A stretch of 40,826 nt of DNA from a virus (taxonomy: Duplodnaviria; Caudoviricetes). The DNA lies in IMG/VR virus record IMGVR_UViG_3300033494_000004, positions 1 to 40,826 of that record, one strand, 5' to 3'. This document shows positions 1-8,463 of the stretch, in pieces (position 1 is the stretch's first letter; every line of letters starts with the position of its first letter). Under the pieces are notes generated by a model. It made no database searches. It had not been told where the DNA came from and saw only the letters and a program-made list of their open reading frames with translations. The translations under genes were made by a program, and so were the position numbers.

Positions 1-145
1 GTTTTAATAAATTTGTAAAAACATATAAATTAGACTTATTAGAAGTCTAATAACACTTGACCTAGTTATGTCGATTAAACTAACTAAACCAAATTAATTA
101 TTTTATTTTAAAACCTTATGGTGTATAGGTAACCAAACAAGTATT

Positions 146-730
146 ATGACAATTCAAGAAAGAATTAGCCAGTTAAGTAAAGTTGGAACTACATCAGAAT
201 TAGTTTACAACAAAGTAGGTGTTACAGTAGAAGAAGCAACTAACAATACATATGGAAGACAAGTATTCCTAAAAGAAAAATGGAATGTAACTTATCCAGG
301 TAGAATAGATAAGTTAGCTGAGTTAATGGGTAAACCACAATCATCGAAAGGTGATACATATGAAACTCATAGAACTGCATTTTATAAAACTGATTTATCA
401 GTTGAAGAAATTCAAAAATTCTTAATGGAAAATCCACAAATTAAAATTGTAGAAACATTAGCTCATGCTCCATTAATTACAGAGCAAGATGAGTATGGTA
501 TTCAACAAAGAATATCTAAAGGAATGACAGAACAAGATGCAATAATTGATTTCGCAAAAAAAAGATTAAAACGTAATCCAAAAGATAATTCACCAGTATT
601 AGTAAATGGATTACCAGTATACTTCCGTTGGGATATTGATTTTACTGGCACATTATCAGATAACAAACTATTTGATAAAAATAATGTAATGCCATTAACA
701 TTGGTCGAATCAATAACTCACGTACTTTAA
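146..730 (+). CDS. hypothetical protein (194 aa)
   Basis: Long ORF with an A-rich upstream region; no motif recognised. Confidence 0.8.
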   Translation: MTIQERISQLSKVGTTSELVYNKVGVTVEEATNNTYGRQVFLKEKWNVTYPGRIDKLAELMGKPQSSKGDTYETHRTAFYKTDLSVEEIQKFLMENPQIKIVETLAHAPLITEQDEYGIQQRISKGMTEQDAIIDFAKKRLKRNPKDNSPVLVNGLPVYFRWDIDFTGTLSDNKLFDKNNVMPLTLVESITHVL

Positions 731-792
731 CAACAACTCACCAGCGATAACTTCAAAGGTGAGTCATAAACTTTGGCATAATAAAAGTTAGT

Positions 793-865
793 ATACTATT
801 ACACATATATAAACAATAATTGATAATTAATACTAATCAATTAATATGTGTAATAGTATTTTTTT
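793..865 (+). terminator. long hairpin followed by T-run; probable intrinsic terminator
   Basis: Perfect 16-bp inverted repeat ATACTATTACACATAT (793-808) / ATATGTGTAATAGTAT (844-859), inner stem TAATTGAT/ATCAATTA, then a T-run. Confidence 0.6.
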
Positions 866-1073
866 ATTTAACAAGTTGATATATGTTGAAAGTTCATTAC
901 TGGTTAACATATAGTTTAATATTCTACTTGGAGGTAGTAGATGATTGTTTTAAAATATAAAGATTAAACGTTAAACATTGAATACGTTTGTAAATACAAT
1001 TAACGGATAAAACGCAACTATAAAATCAGTAACGTTAAAGCGTTTACATAAAGATACTAATAGTAACATTGGA

Positions 1074-1228
1074 TGTATTGTTCTCTTGAGAAAGGATAGT
1101 ATGTATGCGGTTCCTATGGTTCTAAAATACACAATACAAATGAGTTCTCGGCTTGACCCTACTCTTATTGTTTCTAGTTAAAGATAGATTTACAAATTAT
1201 AAAGTTTGATAATAAGAAAGAGGGTGCT
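1074..1228 (+). ncRNA. candidate structured ncRNA with possible pseudoknot
   Basis: Stems TGTATTGT 1074-1081/ACAATACA 1131-1138, ACCCT 1156-1160/AGGGT 1221-1225, TCTTATT 1163-1169/AATAAGA 1211-1217; GAGAA 1088-1092 complementary to TTCTC 1145-1149; no ORF. Confidence 0.35.
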
Positions 1229-1256
1229 AATAAAATTTAATTATAGTATTTAAATT

Positions 1257-1430
1257 ATGAAAAAATTAACATTAATATCAATAATGTGTAGACAACAAAT
1301 AATATCTACATTTCTAATGTTATCAGTAATAGATGACAAACCTATAATTTATCAATCTACAATAGATAAATTATTTCTAAATAAATTTGGATTCACACCA
1401 CAAAGAGGTGAAACAATATCATTTCTATAA
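1257..1430 (+). CDS. small hypothetical protein (57 aa, MKKLTLISIMCRQQ...)
   Basis: Hand-translated ORF below the track cutoff, A/T-rich start context. Confidence 0.55.
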   Translation: MKKLTLISIMCRQQIISTFLMLSVIDDKPIIYQSTIDKLFLNKFGFTPQRGETISFL

Positions 1431-1482
1431 ACGTTTAATCACATTACGTAAATTAAATATGTGATCCAATATTTTAACAAAT

Positions 1483-1698
1483 ATGAAATTAATCTTATTA
1501 TTACTACCAACATTATTATTAGCTGGTAATCCTTGTCAAGGTAAAACTAAACAAAATACACCTTGTACAAGAACAACTAAAAAAGGAATCTTCTGCTTTC
1601 AACATAATCCAGAATCTAATAAATGTAATGGATTAACTAAATCGGGTAAACCTTGTTCTCGAATTACTAAACAAGGTAAATGTAAATTACATCAATAA
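1483..1698 (+). CDS. small secreted protein with two C-x-G-x-TK-x3-PC-x-R-x-TK-x-G..C-x2-H repeats (DUF5763-like, CCCH)
   Basis: Hydrophobic N-terminal signal; repeats CQGKTKQNTPCTRTTKKGIFCFQH and CNGLTKSGKPCSRITKQGKCKLH. Confidence 0.7.
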   Translation: MKLILLLLPTLLLAGNPCQGKTKQNTPCTRTTKKGIFCFQHNPESNKCNGLTKSGKPCSRITKQGKCKLHQ

Positions 1699-1699
1699 T

Positions 1700-2044
1700 A
1701 TGAAATATCTATTATTATCAATTCTATTAACAATATCATCTTGTACAAAAGATGAATCAAACGATTCAAATTGTTATAATGTATATAAAGTTCTACACAA
1801 TAAAACTTGTGTAGAAAGTAATAAAATACTTAATATAAAAATTACCAAAGAATCAAACAAAGAATACATTATAATGAATCGTACTAATGGTACTGCTTGG
1901 AAAAAATATGAATTACTAAAAATAGAATGTAATAATCTATTAGTAATTGACAGTGCAGATAACATAAAACGTTATATACAATTAGAACACGCTAATGACA
2001 ATGGATTCTTCTTAAATGACCTTAGATATTATTATAAATACTAA
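1700..2044 (+). CDS. putative lipoprotein
   Basis: MKYLLLSILLTISSC lipobox followed by TKDE, typical of Bacteroidota lipoproteins. Confidence 0.7.
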   Translation: MKYLLLSILLTISSCTKDESNDSNCYNVYKVLHNKTCVESNKILNIKITKESNKEYIIMNRTNGTAWKKYELLKIECNNLLVIDSADNIKRYIQLEHANDNGFFLNDLRYYYKY

Positions 2045-2046
2045 TT

Positions 2047-2295
2047 ATGAAAGTATTATTTAGAAAGCAAAAATCTGGTGATATAATAGCAATATTACCA
2101 GATGAACATTCTCATGTAGTAAATGAGATTGCAACTTATGAATCATCAATAGGATTCGATCATGCTAATTACGATCTTTTATTAGAACAAACTAAACCCT
2201 GTTCTGAAGAAGAATATTATGAACTTCTAGATGAATTAGAAGAACATTATAATTTAAAGTTACAAATACTAACCAGACTTAATAAACAAGTCTAA
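2047..2295 (+). CDS. hypothetical protein
   Basis: ORF tightly packed with neighbours. Confidence 0.7.
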   Translation: MKVLFRKQKSGDIIAILPDEHSHVVNEIATYESSIGFDHANYDLLLEQTKPCSEEEYYELLDELEEHYNLKLQILTRLNKQV

Positions 2296-2309
2296 ATTCA
2301 ATTAAAATT

Positions 2310-2543
2310 ATGTCAAACAAAAAAAGATTACCAGTCGTTACATCAAACGATTCAGAACAATGTTTAGATTACTTTGCTACTAAAACAGCACCTAAACCAA
2401 AAACAAAAAGAAATTTAATCCAGCAAAAAATAGATAAATCTGGATTAAATTTAAAACAAACAGAATATATTACAGTGACATTCCATGGTCAATCAATAAA
2501 AATGACTATAGACGAATATAACAACATACAACACATAATGTAA
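2310..2543 (+). CDS. hypothetical protein
   Basis: ORF track; packing. Confidence 0.65.
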   Translation: MSNKKRLPVVTSNDSEQCLDYFATKTAPKPKTKRNLIQQKIDKSGLNLKQTEYITVTFHGQSIKMTIDEYNNIQHIM

Positions 2544-2631
2544 TGAAAACACTAATGAAAATCTATAGAGTTGCAAAACGTAACTCTATAGATGATTTAT
2601 ATTTATTACCATTAAAAGCATTAATAAACTT

Positions 2632-2910
2632 ATGGAGTTAGAACCTATTATAAAAAAAAATATTCCTCTATGTATAATAGTTGTATATGAATTTGGAGAA
2701 GATCAAATGATAGAAATATCAAATGAATTACCATTAGAATCGACTATTAATGAAATTTTAAAATATGCTGAATGGTGTAACAAGGATCAATCATTCATAA
2801 ATAAATATAACTTTAGAACTTTCGATGTTGTAGAATATATTTATCTATATAAAATTGAAAATGGAATAGAATATAAATCTAAAAATCTTTATCTAACAAG
2901 TATATTATGA
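2632..2910 (+). CDS. hypothetical protein
   Basis: ORF track; packing. Confidence 0.6.
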   Translation: MELEPIIKKNIPLCIIVVYEFGEDQMIEISNELPLESTINEILKYAEWCNKDQSFINKYNFRTFDVVEYIYLYKIENGIEYKSKNLYLTSIL

Positions 2911-3035
2911 AAATAAGAAAACAATTATTTAAAAGAAAACATATTCACGATGTTGAAAATAGTTATCCTAAACAAATATTTATAAAATCACAAAAAGAGT
3001 GTTTAAATATAATTATAAATCAGAAAATATTTTAA
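2907..3035 (+). CDS. small hypothetical protein (42 aa, MKIRKQLFKRKH...)
   Basis: ATGA overlap with upstream stop; fills the gap to 3040. Confidence 0.45.
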   Translation: MKIRKQLFKRKHIHDVENSYPKQIFIKSQKECLNIIINQKIF

Positions 3036-3039
3036 AATT

Positions 3040-3567
3040 ATGAATGAATTATTTTTAGGATTTCCAATTTGGTATTATAGTATAGCATCGATAATAGTAT
3101 CATTTGTCATATTAAGATCAATGATAAATAATGATACATTTAATTTTTTCATATTGTTGATTAATTTAATAACATTTGGAGGGTTAGGAATCATACTAAT
3201 TCCAGCAGTAGTACTTGATTTAATTTTCAGAAAAGAAACTATTGACAAAATTTATGAATGGATGAGTAATCAATCTAAACCAAAAACAAAAAAACAAGAA
3301 CCACCTATAGAACTATTTACTTGCTTTGATTCAAACTCAGATATAAAATACTACTCCATAAAACAAGGTGGGAACGAGATTGAAATAAAAACAACTTCAT
3401 TAGAATTTGTACAAGATATAAAAGAATGCTTAGAAAGAAGTGAAATAACATGGGACTATGTATCTAATTACACCAAAAAAAGATATGGTCACAATTTAAT
3501 TGCAATCGAATCAAAGATCGAAGATATAAAAATAAACAGAATCACAAACAAAATTAAAATTGATTAA
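3040..3567 (+). CDS. hypothetical membrane protein (two N-terminal TM helices)
   Basis: Hydrophobic segments at about aa 5-26 and 34-62. Confidence 0.7.
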   Translation: MNELFLGFPIWYYSIASIIVSFVILRSMINNDTFNFFILLINLITFGGLGIILIPAVVLDLIFRKETIDKIYEWMSNQSKPKTKKQEPPIELFTCFDSNSDIKYYSIKQGGNEIEIKTTSLEFVQDIKECLERSEITWDYVSNYTKKRYGHNLIAIESKIEDIKINRITNKIKID

Positions 3568-3569
3568 AA

Positions 3570-4082
3570 ATGGATTCAAGAACAATATAAGAAATAAAAA
3601 AAGATTTCGATTCAACAATAAAACAAATCGAAAATCTTAAATTAGAATTTGAAGCTCTAAAAAATGAAATGAAAAAGCTTGAAAAAAAAGAAAAGTTTAA
3701 ATATCCTATTTATGCTGTAAATAAAACGTATTCATTAGTTGTTAAATTTAGATCTTTAGATTCAGGTGAAGTTATTTCTATTGGTAGTAAAGATACTATA
3801 TATAAAGATACATGGAGTTACACATTTGAACCTCACACCAAACATAACATTTGACAAATCCTACCCATTTGCGAAAAAACAGGGTTCTATCACGGTCAGC
3901 CTGTTTGGGCACGGGATGAAGAAGATGAAGCTTATAGATCTATTCGTTTTTTTGATGCTATAAATAGCTGTGTTTTTTCTAAATATGGAATTAAAAATCA
4001 TTCTTATTATGACTCCTACGAACCTTGGGAGGGAGAGTGGCTTCCTTGGATGGTAGAAGCTTTTAAAAAATTGAAGCTATGA
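3570..4082 (+). pseudogene. pseudogene of a ~170-aa hypothetical protein with two in-frame nonsense codons
   Basis: One frame runs from ATG 3570 to TGA 4080-4082 (ATGA overlap with the next gene), broken by TAA 3588-3590 and TGA 3852-3854. Confidence 0.75.
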
Positions 4083-4264
4083 AACTAGAACAATTGATAG
4101 TTCAACTCTCAAAAGAAATTGATGAACTTGAAAAGTTAGTACAGTACTGTAAAAACTGTGCATCAAATAATAGAAAGAAAATTGAAGACTTAGAGGTAGA
4201 GCTCATTGGAGTTAAAAACAAAAATATTATCCTTGAGCTTCAATTAACTAGAATCAAAGAATAA
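4079..4264 (+). CDS. small coiled-coil hypothetical protein
   Basis: Heptad-like L/E/K pattern. Confidence 0.6.
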   Translation: MKLEQLIVQLSKEIDELEKLVQYCKNCASNNRKKIEDLEVELIGVKNKNIILELQLTRIKE

Positions 4265-4272
4265 AATTCAAA

Positions 4273-4527
4273 ATGGAACGAATACTATTAACAGAAGATG
4301 TTTTATTAAAAACAAACTTCAATTTAGATCCAAATAAACTTTTCTACATAGATATAGAAGAGAATAAAGTGATTTTGTACTGGAGCCATAAAGAAGGTGT
4401 GCAAATGAGTATAAATCATTGTTTGTTTAAATTACCACACATTAAATATCTACATCAGTTACAGAACCTATATTTCGCATTAACAAATACAAAATTACAA
4501 TACAACTATGGAGGAGTTAACGTATAA
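4273..4527 (+). CDS. hypothetical protein (common Bacteroidota phage family)
   Basis: ILLTEDVLLK..F and IKYLHQLQNLYFALT motifs, recalled from Bacteroidota phage proteins. Confidence 0.7.
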   Translation: MERILLTEDVLLKTNFNLDPNKLFYIDIEENKVILYWSHKEGVQMSINHCLFKLPHIKYLHQLQNLYFALTNTKLQYNYGGVNV

Positions 4528-4807
4528 AGATGAACTCAAAATAGCATCTATTATAGCAGGTACGCATACAGATGCACTTATTTCAGTTGAAGTAAAAGAT
4601 TATACTTTATTTAACGTATGTACAAGTAGCAAAATTATACAAGTAATAATAGATCCAAATACAACTGGACTATACATTAGTTGCTATCAAACTAATGACT
4701 TTTATCATGCATTCTACAAAGTAAGTATTGAGGATGCAAAAAAAGAAAAAGTTTTAAACTACCTAAAAGCAGTAAATGTAGATGCATCAAATATTAAGTT
4801 TAGATAA
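4508..4807 (+). CDS. hypothetical protein
   Basis: ORF track; overlap with upstream gene. Confidence 0.65.
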   Translation: MEELTYKDELKIASIIAGTHTDALISVEVKDYTLFNVCTSSKIIQVIIDPNTTGLYISCYQTNDFYHAFYKVSIEDAKKEKVLNYLKAVNVDASNIKFR

Positions 4808-4823
4808 AAAACTATTTTTTATT

Positions 4824-4833
4824 TATATTTGCA
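4824..4833 (+). promoter_or_regulatory. Bacteroidota-type -7 promoter element (TAnnTTTG)
   Basis: TATATTTGCA in an intergenic gap about 25 nt upstream of ATG 4858. Confidence 0.45.
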
Positions 4834-4857
4834 GTCATTAAATCTATTATAAAACTT

Positions 4858-6006
4858 ATGAACGAAAAACTAATAAAAGACCTACGAGAAGGTCGCTGTG
4901 CTGTTAAAAATGATGGTACATATGAACAATTAGAACAAATTTTATCTCACGCATTTCCAAAAGATCCAGATCATTACGTTTTTTCAGGAGTAGTTACATA
5001 TTATTTCGCTAGTGGGTACGATAATAATAAAAGATGGGCATCTAGTAATGAAACTCCATCAATTAAATGTTACAGTGTTAAAGATTTCTTTACTACTACT
5101 AAGTATACTATTGAAGAAATTAATGGGAGTAATAATATACTTATAATAATAAAATCCATAAAAGAATTTGACAAATTAAAGTCTTTAGGAATTAATTTAT
5201 CTAAAAAATATTGTGGTCATTACTATCATAAACCTTATAATGGAGCTACTTTTAATGATGACCTTGATTTTAATGAACTTCCTTGGTCAAACTATATTGT
5301 ATTAACTTATTCAGATATTATTATGCAAGAAAAAGCAGAATTTAAAAAAGGAGATTATATTGTAACATTAAAAGTAAGCACTGAAAGTAATACAAACTGT
5401 GCAAAAAATAACTATTGTTTTAAACAAAGAATCGATAGTAAAAGTATAGCTCCTGAAATAGACTTAAATGGATATGCACTGAACGAAAATGAACTTTTAT
5501 CTTTTAACAAACAAGAATCACTTATAAATTGGAGATATGCTACACAAGAAGAAATTGGTCATTACGATAAAATTGATGAACCATATGATGTGACAACTCT
5601 AATTAAAACATTTCCTAGAGTCATGTTAATGTCTGATTTTGACGATATTAAGACTGCTTATAAAAGAGTTGTTTTTATGTTTAAATGTAATAAATATCTA
5701 ACATGGTCTGATGCTGAAACAATTGAAGAAGCAGAAAAAAAATGGCAAACAAAGAGTTGGAATTACGCTTGGGAATTAGATGAATTAAAATCCATTTTTC
5801 CATTTAGCTTATCACCTAATAATGCTCAATCAATAATTGATATTGCTTGTGTACTTTGGAAATCTAAATTAGCTAATAAATGGGGTTCTGATATTGTACA
5901 AGGTAGATCTATTGACATAACAGAAGAAGACTACAATACAATGTATGATGCTTGTACACCTAAACAAAAAGAATTATTTGATAAAATCTTTATATTAAAA
6001 AATTAG
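4858..6006 (+). CDS. hypothetical, apparently multi-module protein (382 aa)
   Basis: Long ORF; distinct blocks such as EFKKGDYIV..WRYATQEEI and FPRVMLMSD..KRVVF. Confidence 0.8.
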   Translation: MNEKLIKDLREGRCAVKNDGTYEQLEQILSHAFPKDPDHYVFSGVVTYYFASGYDNNKRWASSNETPSIKCYSVKDFFTTTKYTIEEINGSNNILIIIKSIKEFDKLKSLGINLSKKYCGHYYHKPYNGATFNDDLDFNELPWSNYIVLTYSDIIMQEKAEFKKGDYIVTLKVSTESNTNCAKNNYCFKQRIDSKSIAPEIDLNGYALNENELLSFNKQESLINWRYATQEEIGHYDKIDEPYDVTTLIKTFPRVMLMSDFDDIKTAYKRVVFMFKCNKYLTWSDAETIEEAEKKWQTKSWNYAWELDELKSIFPFSLSPNNAQSIIDIACVLWKSKLANKWGSDIVQGRSIDITEEDYNTMYDACTPKQKELFDKIFILKN

Positions 6007-6007
6007 A

Positions 6008-6304
6008 ATGAAAACAATATTAGAATACCATAGTCCAGCCAATATAGATGTAGTGACAGAAACAGGATTTAGATACCTAAATACCAATCCTATTTTTCAA
6101 TATACAAAAGAAATAGAAGGTTCAAATGACATAGATATTTTTGAACAATTTTATAAGCTAAATAATAGCATTAGGTATTGTAATGACCATTCTTATAAGT
6201 TTCAAGATATAGAATGGACTAATAAATATAAAGAATGGTTGAGTTCAGAAGATTATAAAAAGAAATCTTTTCAATTATATTATGGTAATGGTATAGTAGA
6301 TTAA
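6008..6304 (+). CDS. hypothetical protein
   Basis: ORF track; packing. Confidence 0.7.
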   Translation: MKTILEYHSPANIDVVTETGFRYLNTNPIFQYTKEIEGSNDIDIFEQFYKLNNSIRYCNDHSYKFQDIEWTNKYKEWLSSEDYKKKSFQLYYGNGIVD

Positions 6305-6335
6305 AAGATTGATAAAAATAAACAAAACTAAATAA

Positions 6336-6610
6336 ACATTTCTACTATACTTAAATGTATAAATTTTTATTAGAGGATATAGGCTTGAAAGTAGCCATTA
6401 TTTAAAGAGTTAGCCCATACTACCCTGTGCATTAAAGACTATTGGTAACAGATAGAGACTCAAGTTGCAAGGAATAAATAGAGGAGTTTAGGTTAATTAC
6501 CTAATAATATTATTGTCATACTTAGTAGGTAAAAATGAACCCTACATTTAATCAATACTATTAAAGCTATTTGGTGTAACAACACACTTTAATAAAAATT
6601 GTAGAAATGT
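6336..6610 (+). ncRNA. structured RNA mimicking 23S rRNA H43/H44 (L11-binding, GTPase-associated centre) with an inserted domain
   Basis: AGGATATAGGCTTGAAAGTAGCCATTATTTAAAGAGT (6374-6410) and GTGTAACAACACACT (6574-6588) align to 23S nt 1054-1090 and 1091-1105; closing stems 6362-6375/6587-6600 and 6336-6345/6601-6610. Confidence 0.8.
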
Positions 6611-6629
6611 TTATTTTAAAACGTATTAA

Positions 6630-6899
6630 ATGAAACCAATTAAAAAACCTTGTAAAGATTGTCCATATTTAAAAACTAATATTGATGATAATTTTTATAC
6701 ATTAGGATTGAACTATGATAATATATTAGATTTTTTTGATGGTAATCCATTGCACTCTTGTCATAAAATAGGATTTTCAATTGATAATACAGAATCTAAA
6801 ATAGGATGCAAAGGAAGTGTCTTATTTCAACAAAAAATCAAAGGATTAGAAAATGATACTATAAAATCTTTTGATGAAATGCTAATTAAATACAATTAA
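6630..6899 (+). CDS. putative Zn-binding hypothetical protein
   Basis: PCKDCPY ... HSCHK ... CKG pattern. Confidence 0.7.
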   Translation: MKPIKKPCKDCPYLKTNIDDNFYTLGLNYDNILDFFDGNPLHSCHKIGFSIDNTESKIGCKGSVLFQQKIKGLENDTIKSFDEMLIKYN

Positions 6900-6911
6900 C
6901 AAATTTAAACT

Positions 6912-7109
6912 ATGTATAAAATATATTTGAAAAATTCATCTATAGCATTAGATGTTCCAGAAAAAACAGCATTAGGGATAAAAGATGAAATTTTAAAAAA
7001 AACAGAAGATGTTAATGAAATATCATTTTGGATCAATGATGAAAATGGCGTACTATTGCACTTTTTTAAAGAGTCAGATATTTTACTAATAACTAGAATT
7101 AACAATTAA
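6912..7109 (+). CDS. hypothetical protein
   Basis: ORF track; packing. Confidence 0.65.
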   Translation: MYKIYLKNSSIALDVPEKTALGIKDEILKKTEDVNEISFWINDENGVLLHFFKESDILLITRINN

Positions 7110-7123
7110 CGCATTTAAACATT

Positions 7124-7555
7124 ATGACAAACTTAAAAAAAGAACATAAGCAAGAACCAAACTTCCACAAACAACTTAAAGAATATTTCAATACTACTCC
7201 AAGAGAAAAAGTCTTAGAGGATTGGGCTAAAAGTTCTCATTTAGATAATGTTGGACCTACAGTTGATGAGTTTATTGAAAATAACAATGACGAAGACAGT
7301 TTAGAAGAAGCTGCTAAGAACTATATTAAACTACCTCTAAATATAAATGTAGATGAAGAACAAAGATATTACAATCCAAATATAAAATCTTATGATGCAT
7401 TTATAGCTGGTGCATTATGGCAAGCTGAACAAAATAAGAATTTGTATAGTGAGGAAGAAGTTTTAGATATTTTAAATGAATTTAATGTAGTTAATTATTC
7501 TCCTTCTGAAAAAGACGATATATTTGAATGGTTTAAACGATTATATAATAAATAA
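7124..7555 (+). CDS. hypothetical protein
   Basis: LEEAA..Y / FIAGALWQ / YSEEEV motifs recalled from Bacteroidota phage proteins. Confidence 0.75.
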   Translation: MTNLKKEHKQEPNFHKQLKEYFNTTPREKVLEDWAKSSHLDNVGPTVDEFIENNNDEDSLEEAAKNYIKLPLNINVDEEQRYYNPNIKSYDAFIAGALWQAEQNKNLYSEEEVLDILNEFNVVNYSPSEKDDIFEWFKRLYNK

Positions 7556-7619
7556 ATTATGGTAGGATTTTCAGTAACAGTACTTGTTATTATATTGCTA
7601 CCAATTAAAATAAAGTAAA

Positions 7620-7979
7620 ATGGAAAATTTAAAAGTAGTAACAATTGATTCATATTCATTAGAATTTGATAATGGAATGATTTTATTCTCAGACCACGAG
7701 CAAGATTGCTGTGAACATCACTATTTGTCTTTGTCAGATTTGACATTGGACGATTTTAAAGGATTGGAATTTGATTTATCAAATGATGATTTCTTTGAAA
7801 GAATAGAAGATTATGGAATAGCCTTAAAGCCTAAAAATGGGTATCCTGTTAGGATACCTGGTTATGGCTCAAACAACGGATACTATTCATCAAATCTTGC
7901 TTTGATTATTACTGATACCGATGGTCATGGTGTATTTAAGAAATATGATATAACTGAATGTCAAGAATGGATCGATTAG
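7620..7979 (+). CDS. conserved phage hypothetical protein
   Basis: HEQDCCE and GSNNGYYS motifs. Confidence 0.75.
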   Translation: MENLKVVTIDSYSLEFDNGMILFSDHEQDCCEHHYLSLSDLTLDDFKGLEFDLSNDDFFERIEDYGIALKPKNGYPVRIPGYGSNNGYYSSNLALIITDTDGHGVFKKYDITECQEWID

Positions 7980-8054
7980 GTGTCTCGCTACTAATCACAT
8001 GGACTTTAATATTATTAATTATAGATTGGGGACAACCTTTAATAAAATAGAATT

Positions 8055-8456
8055 ATGTTTACAAAAAATGAAATGATCGAATATGCTTGGTTTATGCATA
8101 AAAACATAGGGAGATATAATAGCTCAAAACAAGCAAATATTGAAGGATTATATCTTGATTTATATTTAAAAGGAAAAACTAATAATATAGATCAAGAAAC
8201 ATCTATTTTTAGCTCATTAAAAGAGTTAAAGCAATTCATGGTATTTTGCCACACTCATTACGAATTGAACGATGCATGGCACCTTGAAAATGGTCAAAAA
8301 GGTATAAACTTCTCTGGTCCACATTTAAACAGTGATGACAATCAGAAATACTCTCCATTTAATTTACCAGAACCACCAGAGCATAACAAGAGAACTGATA
8401 TAGACTCTATGTATGAAACTTGGTTAAAGGTTAGAGAACAAAACAATAGTAAATAG
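8055..8456 (+). CDS. hypothetical protein
   Basis: ORF track. Confidence 0.7.
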   Translation: MFTKNEMIEYAWFMHKNIGRYNSSKQANIEGLYLDLYLKGKTNNIDQETSIFSSLKELKQFMVFCHTHYELNDAWHLENGQKGINFSGPHLNSDDNQKYSPFNLPEPPEHNKRTDIDSMYETWLKVREQNNSK

Positions 8457-8463
8457 ATTATTT

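Noticed and set aside
730-1480. tRNA genes in the non-coding gaps
   Set aside because: No cloverleaf with a TTCRA T-loop and acceptor stem was found by eye; tRNAscan-SE/ARAGORN would confirm.
3669-3963. ORFs 3669-3854 and 3766-3963 as independent genes
   Set aside because: The first is a fragment of the 3570-4082 pseudogene and the second is an off-frame overlap.
6374-6588. True rRNA gene or host contamination
   Set aside because: Only about 50 nt are rRNA-like, split by a non-rRNA insert and flanked by phage genes and non-rRNA closing stems.
6892-7126. Similar intergenic strings ACAATTAAC..ATTTAAAC..TATG before 6912 and 7124
   Set aside because: Short, AT-rich and only two copies; consistent with generic Bacteroidota translation-initiation context.
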